NCBI GenBank assembly: GCA_951406725.2
Contig: OX597835.1
Span: 11,594,001 to 11,658,000 of the forward strand
Length of the DNA: 64,000 bases
Origin: Octopus vulgaris
Taxonomy: Eukaryota
Reading direction: 5' to 3'
Of this stretch, positions 12,510 to 25,980 are shown in pieces. Every line of letters starts with the position of its first letter. The stretch's first letter is position 1. Both the position numbers and the translations under genes were made by a program. The notes below the pieces were generated by a model. That model saw nothing but the letters and a program-made list of their open reading frames with translations, was not told where the DNA came from and made no database searches.

Positions 12510-12845
12510 AAAGAAGGTAAAGACCCCTTTCTGTCACGAACGACCATGGGATCGCACATAGACAGTTTCCCTTCCAAGCAAAGTTGTTTGTGAAAGACAG
12601 CAGTCGCCCATGCATGCCCCTCACCACCCTGTCTCCACACCGCCGATGTTATCGAAGAGAGAGAGAGACAAAAGCAAATATACCCTGGCAGCAGCGACTT
12701 CACAACTTCTTTTTAAAGCTGAGTGAACTGGAGCAACGTGAAATAAAGTGTCTTGCTCAAGAACACAACACACAGCCCAATCTGGGAATTGAACTCACAA
12801 CCTCACTATTAGAAATCCGACACTCTAACCACTGAGGCATGCCAC
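12510..12845 (-). mobile_element. SINE family D (degenerate)
   Basis: Minus strand has a tRNA-like head followed by gtgttcttgagcaagacactttatttcacgttgctccagttcactcagc; related pieces at 25733-25911 (+) and 46940-47155 (-). Confidence 0.7.
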
Positions 12846-12939
12846 TTCGCTCTATGTAAATTAAAGTTTTCCCCAATGTGCATGCGCTCGCGTGTAGGTG
12901 TACACATAAAATACGCAACTGAAACTCCATGTACACACG

Positions 12940-12978
<39 letters not shown>

Positions 12979-13117
12979 ACACACACACACGCACACACAC
13001 ACACACACGTACACACACACAGACGCACACTCACACACTCATGCAGACACACACACTGCTTATAAACATATAAATACACAGGGAAACATACATACTCACA
13101 TACACATATATACACAT

Positions 13118-13690
13118 ATGACGGGGTACTCCAAAGTCACTGGAAACATTCTCTGTGGGACAAGTCCATAGTAGTTCGGGCCTCCGCTGCCAGAAGCCAC
13201 TTGATGCAACCCTCAGGCATCAGACTGCCAACTGGTGTTGTCATGTGTTATGTACTGCCACATGGCACGTCTTTGTTTTGCAGCGCTTCTCCCCTGTTCG
13301 TCGAATTTTGCGATGGCTGAAGCAAAGAGACAGCATGCTTCCGCGAAATTCTGTTTCCTGCTGGGGAAAACGGTGGCCGAAACAGCTGTCAGGCTTCAAA
13401 CTGTTTACAAGGGCGCAGCATTGAGCAAAACACAAGTTTTCCGGTGGTTTTCACACTTTTGGAATGGTCTCTTGTCACTTGAAGACCAACCTCGTTCAGG
13501 ACGACCGTCGACCTCCTGAATGAATGAAAAAATCATGAAAATTCATGAAATGATATTGGAGGCCCATCACCGAACAATTGACGAACTTGTTGACATGGAT
13601 GGTGTGTCCTGGAGCTCATGCCAACGAATTTTGAGGGAGGAATTTTGAGCGAGAAAGAGTTGCAGCAAAATTTGTTCTCACCGAAGATCA
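13118..13690 (+). pseudogene. Mariner (Tc1/mariner) transposase N-terminal remnant with putative left end
   Basis: From ATG 13313: MAEAKRQHASAKFCFLLGKTVAETAVRLQTVYKGAALSKTQVFRWFSHF..SLEDQPRSGRPSTS*...RTIDELV...VSWSSCQRILREEF*..RVAAKFV; HTH region and the WVPHEL-equivalent linker, with stops. Confidence 0.9.
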
Positions 13691-13732
13691 TGTGTGTGTG
13701 TTTGTGTTTGTGTGTGTGTGTATGAGAGAGAG

Positions 13733-13775
<43 letters not shown>

Positions 13776-14343
13776 GTGAGTGAGTGAGTAAGTGAGAGTG
13801 AGTGTCTACAAGTATATAAACACAAAATCTCCATCCCATGTTTGGATAGATATGTAAACACGTCTGTGTGGAAAATATTTGCTCGAGTGAAAACAAAAGA
13901 GTTCCTTATTAGATAAATAACTATTAAGTATTGTTCGTAGCCAGCGCCGGAGCTGTTATGCAAATTCTGGCAACAATTCTGCGGTCTCCGAGTTTGTTTA
14001 TACTAGAAACAGATACAAACTACTGTATTTATTGCAGGCAGATCATATATATATATGTGTGTATGTGCGTGCATGTGTGTGTGCGTGCGTGTGTGCGAGC
14101 GCGCGTGTGTGTGTGTGTGTGTGTGTGTGTAAAGGTAAGATCTGAGGATCAACGTATAGAGGAAGTAGGCTTCCAGCAGTCCGTAAAATGTATAAGTACA
14201 ATAGTGGTTTACCAGGAACAGCAGTGGTTTATTGACATAGAAAGTTGCGAATTTTCCCATATCGAAGTCCGATAAGCTGAAAATCTTACTTTATAGCTCA
14301 CCGTTAGCAGCTGGTGTTGCTATGTATGTGAATACAAATCAAA

Positions 14344-15129
14344 AATTCGGGAATGGAATAAATAAAATCCGAGGTACATATGTTTCTGTTTCACAGCTAG
14401 GAGGAAGCACTCCGTCGGTTACGACGACGAGGGTTCCGGTTGATCCGAATCAACGGAACAGCCTGCTCGTGAAATTAACGTGTAAGTGGCTGGGCACTCC
14501 ACAGACACGTGCACCCTTAACGTAGTTCTCGGGGATATTCAGCGTGACACAGAGAGTGACAAGGCTGGCCCTTTGAAATACAGGTACAACAGAAACAGGA
14601 AGTAAGAGTGAGAGAAAGTTGTGGTGAAAGAGTACAGCAGGGATCACCACCATCCCCTGCCGGAGCCTCGTGGAGCTTTTAGGTGTTTTCGCTCAATAAA
14701 CACTTACAACGCTCGGTCTGGGAATCGAAACCGCGATCCTACGACCGCGAGTCCGCTGCCCTAACCACTGGGCCATTGCGCCTCCACGTTTCACAGCTAG
14801 TAGAACCTCGAAAGTAGTAATTATCCAAACGCGGAGAGTAATCCGCTAGTTACTTGTCGGGCCAAAGGTGCCTTAATTAAATGAAGTTGACATTGTTGGC
14901 AAAGGATCACACGTTAACTGCTACGAGATTTTACCGAATCTCCTTTGATCAAATCCCCTGCGATTTAACAAGGATCTCGCAACGACAGTGAAACCTTCAT
15001 TTGGCTAAGGTAACTTTGACCCAATAAGTAGCTAGCGGATTACCTCTCCTTTTTGGTAATTACTACATCTGTGGTTCTACTAGATACGAAATACATGTAG
15101 CCGAGATGTTATCGACTCCATCCCTAATT
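14344..15129. mobile_element. MITE-like element with long diverged inverted repeats, interrupted by SINE-A
   Basis: 14344-14400 plus 14801-14898 is the reverse complement of ~14980-15129 (ctagtagaacc..gtagtaatta..taatccgctag). Confidence 0.7.
14401..14787 (-). mobile_element. SINE-A, full length
   Basis: 13-bp TSD gtttcacagctag at 14388-14400 and 14788-14800. Confidence 0.92.
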
Positions 15130-15144
15130 ATATATATATAGTAG

Positions 15145-15175
<31 letters not shown>

Positions 15176-15194
15176 ATAATAATATTAATAATTA

Positions 15195-15235
<41 letters not shown>

Positions 15236-15236
15236 A

Positions 15237-15269
<33 letters not shown>

Positions 15270-15365
15270 GGAATATAATTCCAAGCTTACAGGGAAAAAT
15301 TCAATTTAACAATTCTAAATCAAATCATGATACATAATATATGTATATAATAGAGGTTATTTCTC

Positions 15366-15424
<59 letters not shown>

Positions 15425-15427
<3 letters not shown>

Positions 15428-15645
15428 TTTTATTCTTTTATTCGTTTGTTTCTGTCATTTAAATGCAGCCTTGTTGGAGCACCGGCTTTAGTCGAATAAA
15501 TCGACTCCAGGGCTTATTCATTGAAAGTCTAGTCATTATTCTGTCGGTCTCTTTTGCTAAACCGCTACGTTACAAGGAAGCAAACACGCCGACATCAGTT
15601 GTCAACCGATAGTGGGGGGAGAGACAAAGACATGTAAATACATAC

Positions 15646-15680
<35 letters not shown>

Positions 15681-15820
15681 CGACGGGCTTCTTTCAGTTT
15701 CCGTCTACCAAATCCACTCACAACACTTTGGTCGACCCGAGGCTATGATAGAAGAGACTTGACCAAGGTGCCGCGCAGTGTGACTGAACACGCAACAATG
15801 TGGTTGGGAACCAAGCTTCT
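15425..15820 (-). mobile_element. SINE-B, older near-full copy
   Basis: Aligns by eye with 43106-43502, including the internal microsatellite. Confidence 0.8.
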
Positions 15821-15875
15821 TATACATACATACACACACACACACACATATATATACGCCTATATACATACATAA

Positions 15876-15930
<55 letters not shown>

Positions 15931-15935
<5 letters not shown>

Positions 15936-16189
15936 ATAAAATATTAGGGAATAAATCCAAACTTACAGGGAAAAATCAGATTTAGGATTAAATCCAATTT
16001 TATAGTATAAATATATTATATTATATTATAATAAATTAGAGATAAAACCACTATTAGGCAAATCAAACAATGAAAAACATAAGCCAATACATAAAATTAA
16101 TTTAATTTATATTATTTTAAATATATTGGCTTATGTTTTTCATTGTTTGATTTGCCTAAAAGTGGTTTTATCTCTAATTTATTATAATA

Positions 16190-16195
<6 letters not shown>
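15931..16195. repeat. Fold-back element in (TA)n, ~72-bp arms
   Basis: 16018-16089 is the reverse complement of 16124-16195; left extension ccaaacttacagggaaaaa is shared with 16616 and ~15270. Confidence 0.85.
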
Positions 16196-16238
<43 letters not shown>

Positions 16239-16299
16239 AGATAGATAGATAAGTATATATATATATGTAGAAGGTTGAAATGGAACACACAAGCTGATA

Positions 16300-16583
16300 C
16301 GTATAAAGAAAATAAGACAAGGTAGAAAATGCTAAAATAATTTAATCATGAAGAACATTTGAGTACCGGATTCACTCTTTGTGAGTAAAAAAGAGAGACA
16401 GAGACAGACTGAAAAAAGGAAAATGCTCCCTGCATTTGAAAGCTATGGAAATATTTTTTAAAAACATCTAATTTAATTTTTCCGCAATTTACTCTCAGTT
16501 GAAAAAGTCGCAAAGTCTGAAACCGGTACTAAAATGTTCTTCATGTTAAAATTATGTTAGCATTTTCTACCGTGTCCCATTCT

Positions 16584-16590
<7 letters not shown>
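16300..16590. repeat. Diverged inverted pair (~65-bp arms) with a hammerhead-like remnant
   Basis: ggtagaaaatgctaaaataatttaatcatgaagaacatttgagtaccgg versus ccggtactaaaatgttcttcatgttaaaattatgttagcattttctacc; ttgaaaaagtcgcaaagtctgaaaccggta at ~16499-16528. Confidence 0.7.
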
Positions 16591-16615
<25 letters not shown>

Positions 16616-16619
<4 letters not shown>

Positions 16620-16911
16620 TAATAAATATTAGGAAATAAATCCAAACTTACAGGGAAAAATCAGATTTAGTATTGAATCCAATTTATAGTAAAATATTAT
16701 ATTATATAAATTAGAGACAAAACCACTATTATGCAAGTCAAACAAAGAAAGACTTAATCCAATACATAAATTAATTTATATTATTTAGTAATTTAACAAT
16801 TATCAATTATCAATTGATAATTGTTAAATTACTAAATAATATAAATTAATTTATGTATTGGATTAAGTCTTTCTTTGTTTGATTTACATAATAGTGGTTT
16901 TGTCTCTAATT

Positions 16912-16920
<9 letters not shown>
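16616..16920. repeat. Near-perfect ~220-bp palindrome (arms ~108 bp) plus left extension, in (TA)n
   Basis: 16700-16807 is the reverse complement of 16813-16920. Confidence 0.9.
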
Positions 16921-16955
<35 letters not shown>

Positions 16956-17490
16956 AGAGAGAGAGAGAGAGAGAGAGATAGACAGACAGACAGACAGACA
17001 GACAAACCGACAGACAAACAGGTACATAGATAGATATTCAGTCATGAAAGTTCGTTAATGTATTGAGTGTAAAGTATCGTGCTAAAAGTACTAATGAAAA
17101 AACAACAACCCGAGGAAAGCTATGATCAAAGGATTGTTAAGCGTCCTAGCACGAAACTGTAACCCTTGAAGCCACTGGTGTACCATCATGACTGTAATTT
17201 AAAAGATACTTGAGTATACACACACATATAAACACATGGAAGTTGACGTCTGTATAAACATATATGCACATAAGTATTCATAGGGATATTTACATGTGCA
17301 TATATATGCATATACGTATATGCCTATATACACGCATATATATATGTGTGTATATATATGCACACACACACATTCATTTATATATATATATATATATATA
17401 TACATTTTTGTACATCAAGATACATACAGACATAGATAGATGTATATATGTATCTACATATATATACAGATAGATAGATGTATATATATG

Positions 17491-17604
<114 letters not shown>

Positions 17605-17651
17605 ATACATATATATATATATACAAGTATATATATATATATATATACAAG

Positions 17652-17684
<33 letters not shown>

Positions 17685-17697
17685 GTATATATTTATG

Positions 17698-17745
<48 letters not shown>

Positions 17746-18237
17746 TACATACGCGTATACAAGAAAATCTTTGAAATAATGCTTAAATGACAGAAAACTA
17801 TAAAAAATATAATCGTCCGTCAATTGTTTGATTCTTTCTGTTCATTAGTGGGTTTTTTTATTTGTTTTATCTTTGTTTTCGTGTTTTTTGTTTTTTTTTT
17901 CATTATTTGTTTTATCTTTCGTTAAAAGTGATTACAAAGCTAATTTCCTTAAGACAGAAAAATCTTTAAAATCAAACTTAGCTGTCAGCGAAAATTTATC
18001 AGATTTCAACAAAAAGGAAAAGAAAACTCTAATTAGATTGCAATATATAAAAATTTTTTTAGCTTAAACACTAAAAACATAGAAAAACAAAAAAGGATGC
18101 GTGGATTCCCCAAAAGAGAAGAGAAACTGGTTGGTATGCTGGAGAAGAAAAAGAAAAGAATTGTCTAAGAAAACAGAATTTGGACGAATATGACAAAGGG
18201 TTGAGTTTAAAAATAGAAAATTGCGTGTTTGTGTGTT

Positions 18238-18272
<35 letters not shown>

Positions 18273-18369
18273 ATGGATGTAAGTATATAGTATAATATAA
18301 AAAAATGACGTAGAAAAGTCAAGAAAAACTAACAAGAACAAAATGTCCATGTTTGATGTGCATCCAGTT

Positions 18370-18737
18370 TGATGCTGATGGTGATGACGATGACAACGAC
18401 AACGACGACGATGACGATGTTGCTAATGATGATGATGATGATGATAATGATGCTGGTTATGATATTGATGACGGTGACGGTGATGGTGGTGATGAGGATC
18501 TTAATGGAGATGATGATGATGGTGATGATGATGATGATGATGATGATGAGGCTGATGATGATTATGCTGACGACGACGACGACAACAACGGTGGCGATGC
18601 CACTGCTGCTGCTTCTGCTGCCGCTGCTGCTACCTATGATGATGAGATTGAGGAAGTAGGGGATGAGGAGAAAGAGGAGGCGCATGCAAGACGTGTAAAT
18701 GAGAAAATAACGACTTTAGAATGATGGAAATAATAAT

Positions 18738-18770
<33 letters not shown>

Positions 18771-18820
18771 AATAATAATAATAATAATAATAAATATAAT
18801 AATAATAACAACAACAAAAT
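18370..18820. repeat. Compound trinucleotide low-complexity tract (GAT/GAC/GCT/AAC/AAT)
   Basis: Direct inspection. Confidence 0.9.
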
Positions 18821-20109
18821 TGCAAAAAGTGAAAACGTAAAACTGATTTTGCTTCACGTTGGCTTCATTTCGTTTTCCGTTGTAAATACGGGTAGAAAAT
18901 AGAAAAATAATATAAATAATTATCTCTAACTTTTGCAAAGATTCTCTGCGTTGATAGATTGTCACAAATCCAATGGAAGCATTGTCTGTAAATCATATCT
19001 GCAGTGTCGTGTATTATTGACCATATCGACCAAAATTAATTCTGCTTACCACAGATTTTGCCTCACTCGTTTTAATCTGATGCTAATGTAGATAACAGTG
19101 TCTTGTCATAGACTTCCTGTTGCCAAGAATGCAAAACAACACTTTAGATTTTCTTCTCCAGATAAAACTTACTAAAACTTCAGAACTTTTTACAACTTTC
19201 ATCGTTGTAATGTTTTGCCTTCGTTTTGTTTAAAATTTCGTCGTTGTAATGTTTAGCTTTCATTTTGTAATAGACAGCTTTCACACAGAAAATGCTAGCT
19301 TCCAAATCCTGTTTTCTGATTGGTTAAAAATTATGAAATTCTGTTACATTTAAAAATAAAATTTTCTGGAATAAATGAATTACAAAATCGCATTCAGTGT
19401 GAAGAATTACTTCAATATACCAAATTTGAAAATTTACACGTAACTTTGAAATTTTAAAAATCTGTAACAGTAACAGAAAAGATCCTGTCTATGTCTGTAT
19501 TATTAGACAATTTCAAAAACTATGTTTAAAAAAATTTCAAAACTCTGCAAAATTCCGGTACAAATTCTTTATCGTTCACAGCGTTGCTTACTTTTTACTC
19601 AACCTGATATAAAGAAGCTACGTGTTATTTTATACCAAGAAAGTATACAGGAAAGTCACGGCTGGAGAGCTGATGAAACGATGAAAAAATCAATACAGAA
19701 ATATAAGAAAACGAAAGAGTTGTTTGCAACATCCGATATATTTTTTGCAATGTCCATTTTCTTCTCTCCCTATTTCGTACTGTTTCTCTCACGATAGATC
19801 AAATACTATCCCTCCATTAGGAGTTTTGCCGCGAGGCAAGGAAGGCTTGTATATTTTCATTAGTAGCGACAGTTGACAACACTCGTTCAAAATACACTCT
19901 TTCATATTCTGAGATTATTGAAAAAAGAAAAAAAAAAACGGAAGAAAGAATTGGTAAAATCGTTTGTATTTACATATATGATTTAAGTATAGTGCAAAGA
20001 AATTGAAAAACATGTTATTGTCAGAAATATACAATAAAGCACAACGAACAATTTATTTATTCAGTGACGTGTTAGGATTCACAATAAATTCGTCGTAAAG
20101 ATCCTCAAC

Positions 20110-20110
<1 letters not shown>

Positions 20111-20163
<53 letters not shown>

Positions 20164-20230
20164 GTTATTATTATTATTATTATTATTGTTATTATTATTA
20201 TTATTATTATCATTATTATTATTATTATCA

Positions 20231-20292
<62 letters not shown>

Positions 20293-20316
20293 GTTGTTGT
20301 TGTTGTTGGTGTTGTT

Positions 20317-20353
<37 letters not shown>

Positions 20354-20620
20354 GCATCATCATCATCAACATCATCATCATTATTTTTTTTTCTTCTTTC
20401 AAATTTGCTTCCATTTCTTGTCGAGTGTCTTCCCGACTCCTAGGGCAAAGAGTTTGTGTATGCATGTGTGTAAGTATTTCATTTGGGTGCCAGAGTCTCT
20501 CAAAGACTCTCTCAAAGCATCAGCGGTGAGTTGAGGAGACACCTGAACAGAGAAGGAGTAGACTGGATGATATGAGAACGCGAGCCTCTGTCGCACCAGT
20601 TCCGAATTTGACGTCTCATT

Positions 20621-20715
<95 letters not shown>

Positions 20716-20946
20716 GTCTTTACACAGGTTCTAACGCTGGAGATGTACTACGATGCCAGCTGTTCACTACCAGTGAACTAAGGTAACACCTTTTATTTTT
20801 CGAGCACCATCCGGAGCGGTTCCACGCAGTACTGTTTTCTGCAGGTGTTTCACCCTTATTGCAACCCCCCCTATTTGTTCCATTTTTCAGTTTCATTCAT
20901 TCTCAAGTCTTTGTACAGTGCTTTACCTTTGCAATCTTCCATCCTA

Positions 20947-21003
<57 letters not shown>

Positions 21004-21237
21004 CATCATTATTATTCAGTAGTTTTATTTTTATAGCGTGCTTTCACTTCACTACCGAGCGCAGCTCTGTGTGCCTTGGGTATGTGCTGTGATTTGTTGT
21101 GATGCTCTGATGGTTATTGTATGGAAAATGTTCTGCGTAGGATGTGTGCAGTGCCTAGTAGTGCAATTTTCTGTATGTTATATGTGTTTGTAAGTCCTGG
21201 TGTTTTTGTTATGTATTTGTCTGAATATTTTTTTATC

Positions 21238-21328
<91 letters not shown>
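20111..21328 (-). mobile_element. (TTA)n cluster containing three retroposon 3' fragments (~20390-20620, ~20716-20845, ~21020-21237), at least two R4/Dong-like
   Basis: 21237->21115 reads KKYSDKYITKTPGLTNTYNIQKIALLGTAHILRRTFSIQ*; 20716-20845 matches the 3' end of 55832-56100; each fragment ends in (TAA)n on the minus strand. Confidence 0.75.
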
Positions 21329-21762
21329 TTCAAAGCAATTTTACAATTGTTCCATAAGCAGAACAGAAGATTTATGACGCTAAGTTGTCTGTAACGAATA
21401 GAGATATACCTAAACACATTCTTCCTGTATTATTCAGAATGTGATTCTCCATAGAATTCGTTTAATAAAAATATAAAACAAGCTCAGATAAAACAGATGT
21501 TGTCTGGTACTCATGACGTCACCGGGAAACAACTGAGAGATTGCTGGTTCGTATGTTTGCGAACTAAACTCTTAACTTTTGACTGTCTGTCCACGAGAGA
21601 TGACGTCGCTATTCTGCCCATCGGAGGCGAAATCCCTTGAGATAATAGTTTTGCACCGAGTTGCAAACACTTCATTGGCAGCTGTAACTATTGGAAATGC
21701 TCATTGAGCGACTGAATTGCCCGCTGACAACGTGTGGTCGACGACGCCATAGTTCAGCAATT

Positions 21763-21924
21763 GTGGCTGTGTGGTAAGTAGCTTGCTAACCAACCACATG
21801 GTTCCGGGTTCAGTCCCACTGCGTGACATCTTGGGCAAGTGTCTTCTGCTATAGCCCCGGGCCGACCAATGCCTTGTGAGTGGATTTGGTAGACGGAAAC
21901 TGAAAGAAGCCTGTCGTATATATG

Positions 21925-21957
<33 letters not shown>

Positions 21958-22160
21958 CTGTCCCCCTAGCATTGCTTGACAACCGATGCTGATGTGTTTA
22001 TGTCCCCGTTACTTAGCGGTTCGGCAAAAAGAGACCGATAGAATAAGTACTAGGTCTACAAAAGAATAAGTCCCGGGGTCGAGTTGCTCGATTAAAGGCG
22101 GTGCTCCAGCATGGCCGCAGTCAAATGACTGAAACAAGTAAAAGAGTAAAGAGTAAAGAG
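21763..22160 (+). mobile_element. SINE-B, full length
   Basis: tRNA-like head gtggctgtgtggtaag...gggttcagtccc, internal (TA)(TG)n and (taaagag)n tail. Confidence 0.9.
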
Positions 22161-22571
22161 TATATTAAACGTGATAAAAAAGAAAAGGGAAATCTTACCT
22201 CGTTCTCCAAGCCTCTCTCACTAATTCCTTTCAAAGAATTGGTTTCAAATTATGGCACAAGGCCAGTAATTTCAGGGGAAGGGCTGAGTTGGTTACATCG
22301 ATCCCAATGCTCAACTGGTACTTATTTTATCAATTCCGAAAGGGTACAAGGAAAAGGCAACCTCGGCAGTATTTGAACTCGGGAACGTCAAGCCGGAACA
22401 AGTTTTTTTTCCGGCGTGGTTATAATTCTGCTAGCTTGGTGCGTTATATCCGCCCAGCTATTAGAAATAGTATTGATACATATCTGATCGATTCCTGAAT
22501 GAGGGAAACAAAATGAAACCTGAACCGTAATTCACTAAACATCATGAATAACAATATAAACTAATCATATA

Positions 22572-22958
22572 GGGAAGCACTCCGTCGGTTACGACGACGA
22601 GGGTTCTGGTTGATCCGAATCAACGGAACAGCCTGCTCGTGAAATTAACGTGTAAGTGGCTGAGCACTCCACAGACACGTGTACCCTTAACGTAGTTCTC
22701 GGGGATATTCAGCGTGACACAGAGAGTGACAAGGCCGGCCCTTTGAAATACAGGTACAAGAGAAACAGGAAGTAAGAGTGAGAGAAAGTTGTGGCGAAAG
22801 AGTACAGCAGGGATCACCACCATCCCCTGCCGGAGCCTCGTGGAGCTTTAGGTGTTTTCGCTCAATAAACACTCACAACGACCGGTCTGGGAATCGAAAC
22901 CGCGATCCTATGACTGCGAGTCCACTGCCCTAACCACTGGGCCATTGCGCCTCCACCT
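22572..22958 (-). mobile_element. SINE-A, full length
   Basis: 12-bp TSD actaatcatata at 22560-22571 and 22959-22970. Confidence 0.92.
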
Positions 22959-23026
22959 ACTAATCATATAATTAAGATCTTAAACTGTTCTTAAAGTGTT
23001 CTACGTTCTGCTGTTTTGCTTGAAAA

Positions 23027-24694
23027 GGTCGGTCGGTATACTTTTCCTGTCTAACTGTTGGGTTTCGGGTTCAAATCTTGCCATTGACTTTCGTCCACTC
23101 CAACCCGTGCCGTATATCTTTTGTAACATAGTTTTTACATCATAGATCAGCATAACAGAAACAATGGATTGCTCCAATCAATACTTCCATTCCCTTAACT
23201 ATGAATCCTTCTGATTTTGATTCGATTTCTCTCGTTTTTTATAATTCTTGGATATTAACAAGTCATGCGGTTATATAGCAACCAGTATTTTTACTACAGG
23301 GACATTCATAAAGAAGTTAAGACAGGTATTAAAAGATGGGAAAAAATCCCTTTTTTAAGGCGACCAGCTGACTAAATCGTTGACACATCGGACAAAATCA
23401 ATATCGAACATGAATTAATATCGAACACATTGTATAGAGATGCTACATACAGTGAGAAGCGAAAGTAGAAAAACAGCCATCATTGCACTCCAACCGATTC
23501 TATTTCACCTGTCCCTGGTGTGGCAAGCAATAATACCAGGAGATATATCAATTAACTTTATACCGAATCCAGATGATAATTCCGTTTATATTGGAGTTTG
23601 CTGTGTGATTTTCAAAATGGACTATCAAAAGTATTGGATGTGTGAACCATGCCAAGTTTAACGACTCTCTAATTCGTTCTTCAACACTGAGTGGGGTTTC
23701 GTGGTAACAACAGTGACTCGCCAATTTCGGAGTCCTTGAATTTCTCCGAAGATCCTTTCCAATATTAACGGTACAGAAAAAATGTCTGTTTCTTTTTCTT
23801 GGGCCTTATCATACACGGTAATCAGGGTTGATGGCTTGTGTTGGTCGACTTCATGTCCCATGGTCATGGCAGATGGAGAAGTATGTCTCAGAGATGGGGA
23901 CTGGGACTCTACTCAATGAGTCTCCCAGGAGGGCCTGGGAGTATACCGTCAAATGGCAAATGAAGCAACGGGCTGAAACGACGCATGCTCTCCACATCTA
24001 ACCTGACTTAGGACTCGTAAGGCCGGCTACTCTTACAAGTGACCAAGATCAGAACATTCTCTGCCAAAACGCTGTAGCGTCCGGGGTCAGCAGTTTTGAG
24101 GGGAGGGGCCAGCTGAAGTACTTGACTGGTATTTTAATTTATCAAGCCCGAAGGGAGGAAAAACATGTTGCTCTCAGCGGGAGTTGAAATCAGAACGTAA
24201 AGAGCCGAAAGAAAAGTCATTAAGCAATTTGTCCGATGTGCTAATGACTCAACCAGCTGGCCGCTTTAGAAGAGTGATGGTCCTTCCAAAAAGTTATAAT
24301 TTATTTCTGTTATCAAAGAAGACACCGAAAAATATGTGAATGAGAGATGTTTTATTTCTCAGATTTTAATACTTATCTTAACTTCTTTGTGAAAATAATT
24401 GTAGAGAAAATATTGGTTATTAGATAACCACAAGAGTGTTGTTTCTTAATATCCAAGAATGATAAAAGACGAAATCGATTCTACTGGAAGCAAATCAAAA
24501 CTAGAAAGATACACAGCCAAAACAATGGAAGCATTGACTGGGACAATCCATTGTTTCTAGCACGCTGATTTACTGTGTAAAAACCATGTTACAAACATAT
24601 ACAGGATGAGATGGAATCGATGAAAGTCAATAGCAAGATTTGAACCTGAAACCAAAGAGTTAAACACTAAATATATAAAATATTCCAACCGACC
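23027..24694. repeat. Diverged ~165-bp inverted repeat pair (23027-23190 and 24523-24694)
   Basis: ttgtaacatagtttttaca...agaaacaatggattg versus caatccattgtttct...tgtaaaaaccatgttacaa; ggttcaaatcttgc versus gcaagatttgaacc. Confidence 0.7.
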
Positions 24695-24803
24695 TATATT
24701 AATGTGACAATTCTATTTCGACTTTTCTATACGCTGTTCGTGTTTTTCAGTGTTGAATGGGGTGGATGGATTTAGAATAGAATTTGTTCTGGGGTTTCTG
24801 TTT

Positions 24804-25166
24804 GTTTATTTATTTGTTTGTTTGTTGAGCGCCGGGAGAAGTGCGAAGCGTGGTCCTTTGCTATTCGTAAGACCCGCAGAAGAGAAAGCAGGTCAACCCC
24901 CGACACCGAGAGCATCGACGGACGGATGAATGCGCATCCAGGCTCAGCGGTTGCGTAGGAAGTCGGGGACAAGAAACAGGAAGAAAGAGTGAGAGAAAGT
25001 TGTAGCGAAAGAATACAACAGGGGTCGCCACCACCCCTTGCCGTAGCCTCGTGTAACTTTAGGTGTTTTCGCTCAATAAACACACATAACGCCCAGTCTG
25101 GGAATCGAAACCGCGATGCTCCAACCGCGAGTCCGCTGCCCTAACCACTGGGCCATTGCGCCTCCA
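24804..25166 (-). mobile_element. SINE-A head with alternative 3' tail (variant 2)
   Basis: TSD ctggggtt(t/g)ctgtt at 24789 and 25167; (AAAC)-rich tail. Confidence 0.85.
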
Positions 25167-25594
25167 CTGGGGTTGCTGTTGATACGACTAGCTGCTTGCA
25201 GGTGGTTTGAGCACGCACTCGCGGGAATTGCACGGTTTGAGGCTTACTGTGAGAGATATCTGTGCCTTTTGTACATGAAATTGATGCATCATATTCAGGT
25301 GCCCTGTTTTTTTTATTTAAAGGTGATCTGTAGGTGTTCAGTTCGTGTGAAGAGAATCGGAGTGCAGTGGGCGACCATCGCTATTTGCATATTAGTTTTA
25401 CTCATTCCTTTTCGAGCCAAATATAAAACTTTTAAACGCTTTTTATTTGATTAACTATCTTCTGCGAGGTGGGTCTACGATACTCACACACATACACACA
25501 CGCACATATATGGGCAAATGTCTCCTACTATAGCCTCCAGCCAACCAATAACTTGTGAGTGAATTTGGTGGATAGAAGCTGCATAGAAGCCCGT

Positions 25595-25699
<105 letters not shown>

Positions 25700-25932
25700 C
25701 TACATATATATGTATGTGTGTGTGTGAGTGAAGACGCATGGCTCAGTCGTTAGAGCGTCGAGCTTACGATCGTGAGGTCATGTTCTTGAGCAAGATACTT
25801 TATTTCACGTTGCTCCAGTTCACTCTGCTGTAGAATTAATTAAGTTGCGGCGTCACAGGTGCCAAGCTGTATCGGCCTCTTTGCCTTTCCCTTGGATAAC
25901 ACTGGTGGCGTGTTATATATATATATATGTGT

Positions 25933-25976
<44 letters not shown>

Positions 25977-25980
<4 letters not shown>

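Noticed and set aside
18353-18724. 123-aa Asp/Ala/Glu-rich ORF
   Set aside because: It is made of GAT/GAC/GCT trinucleotide repeats that are open in several frames and run into (AAC)/(AAT) tracts; no domain or clear splice support
21514-21521. CRE palindrome TGACGTCA with a nearby half-site
   Set aside because: One 8-mer is expected by chance in 64 kb and there is no associated gene evidence
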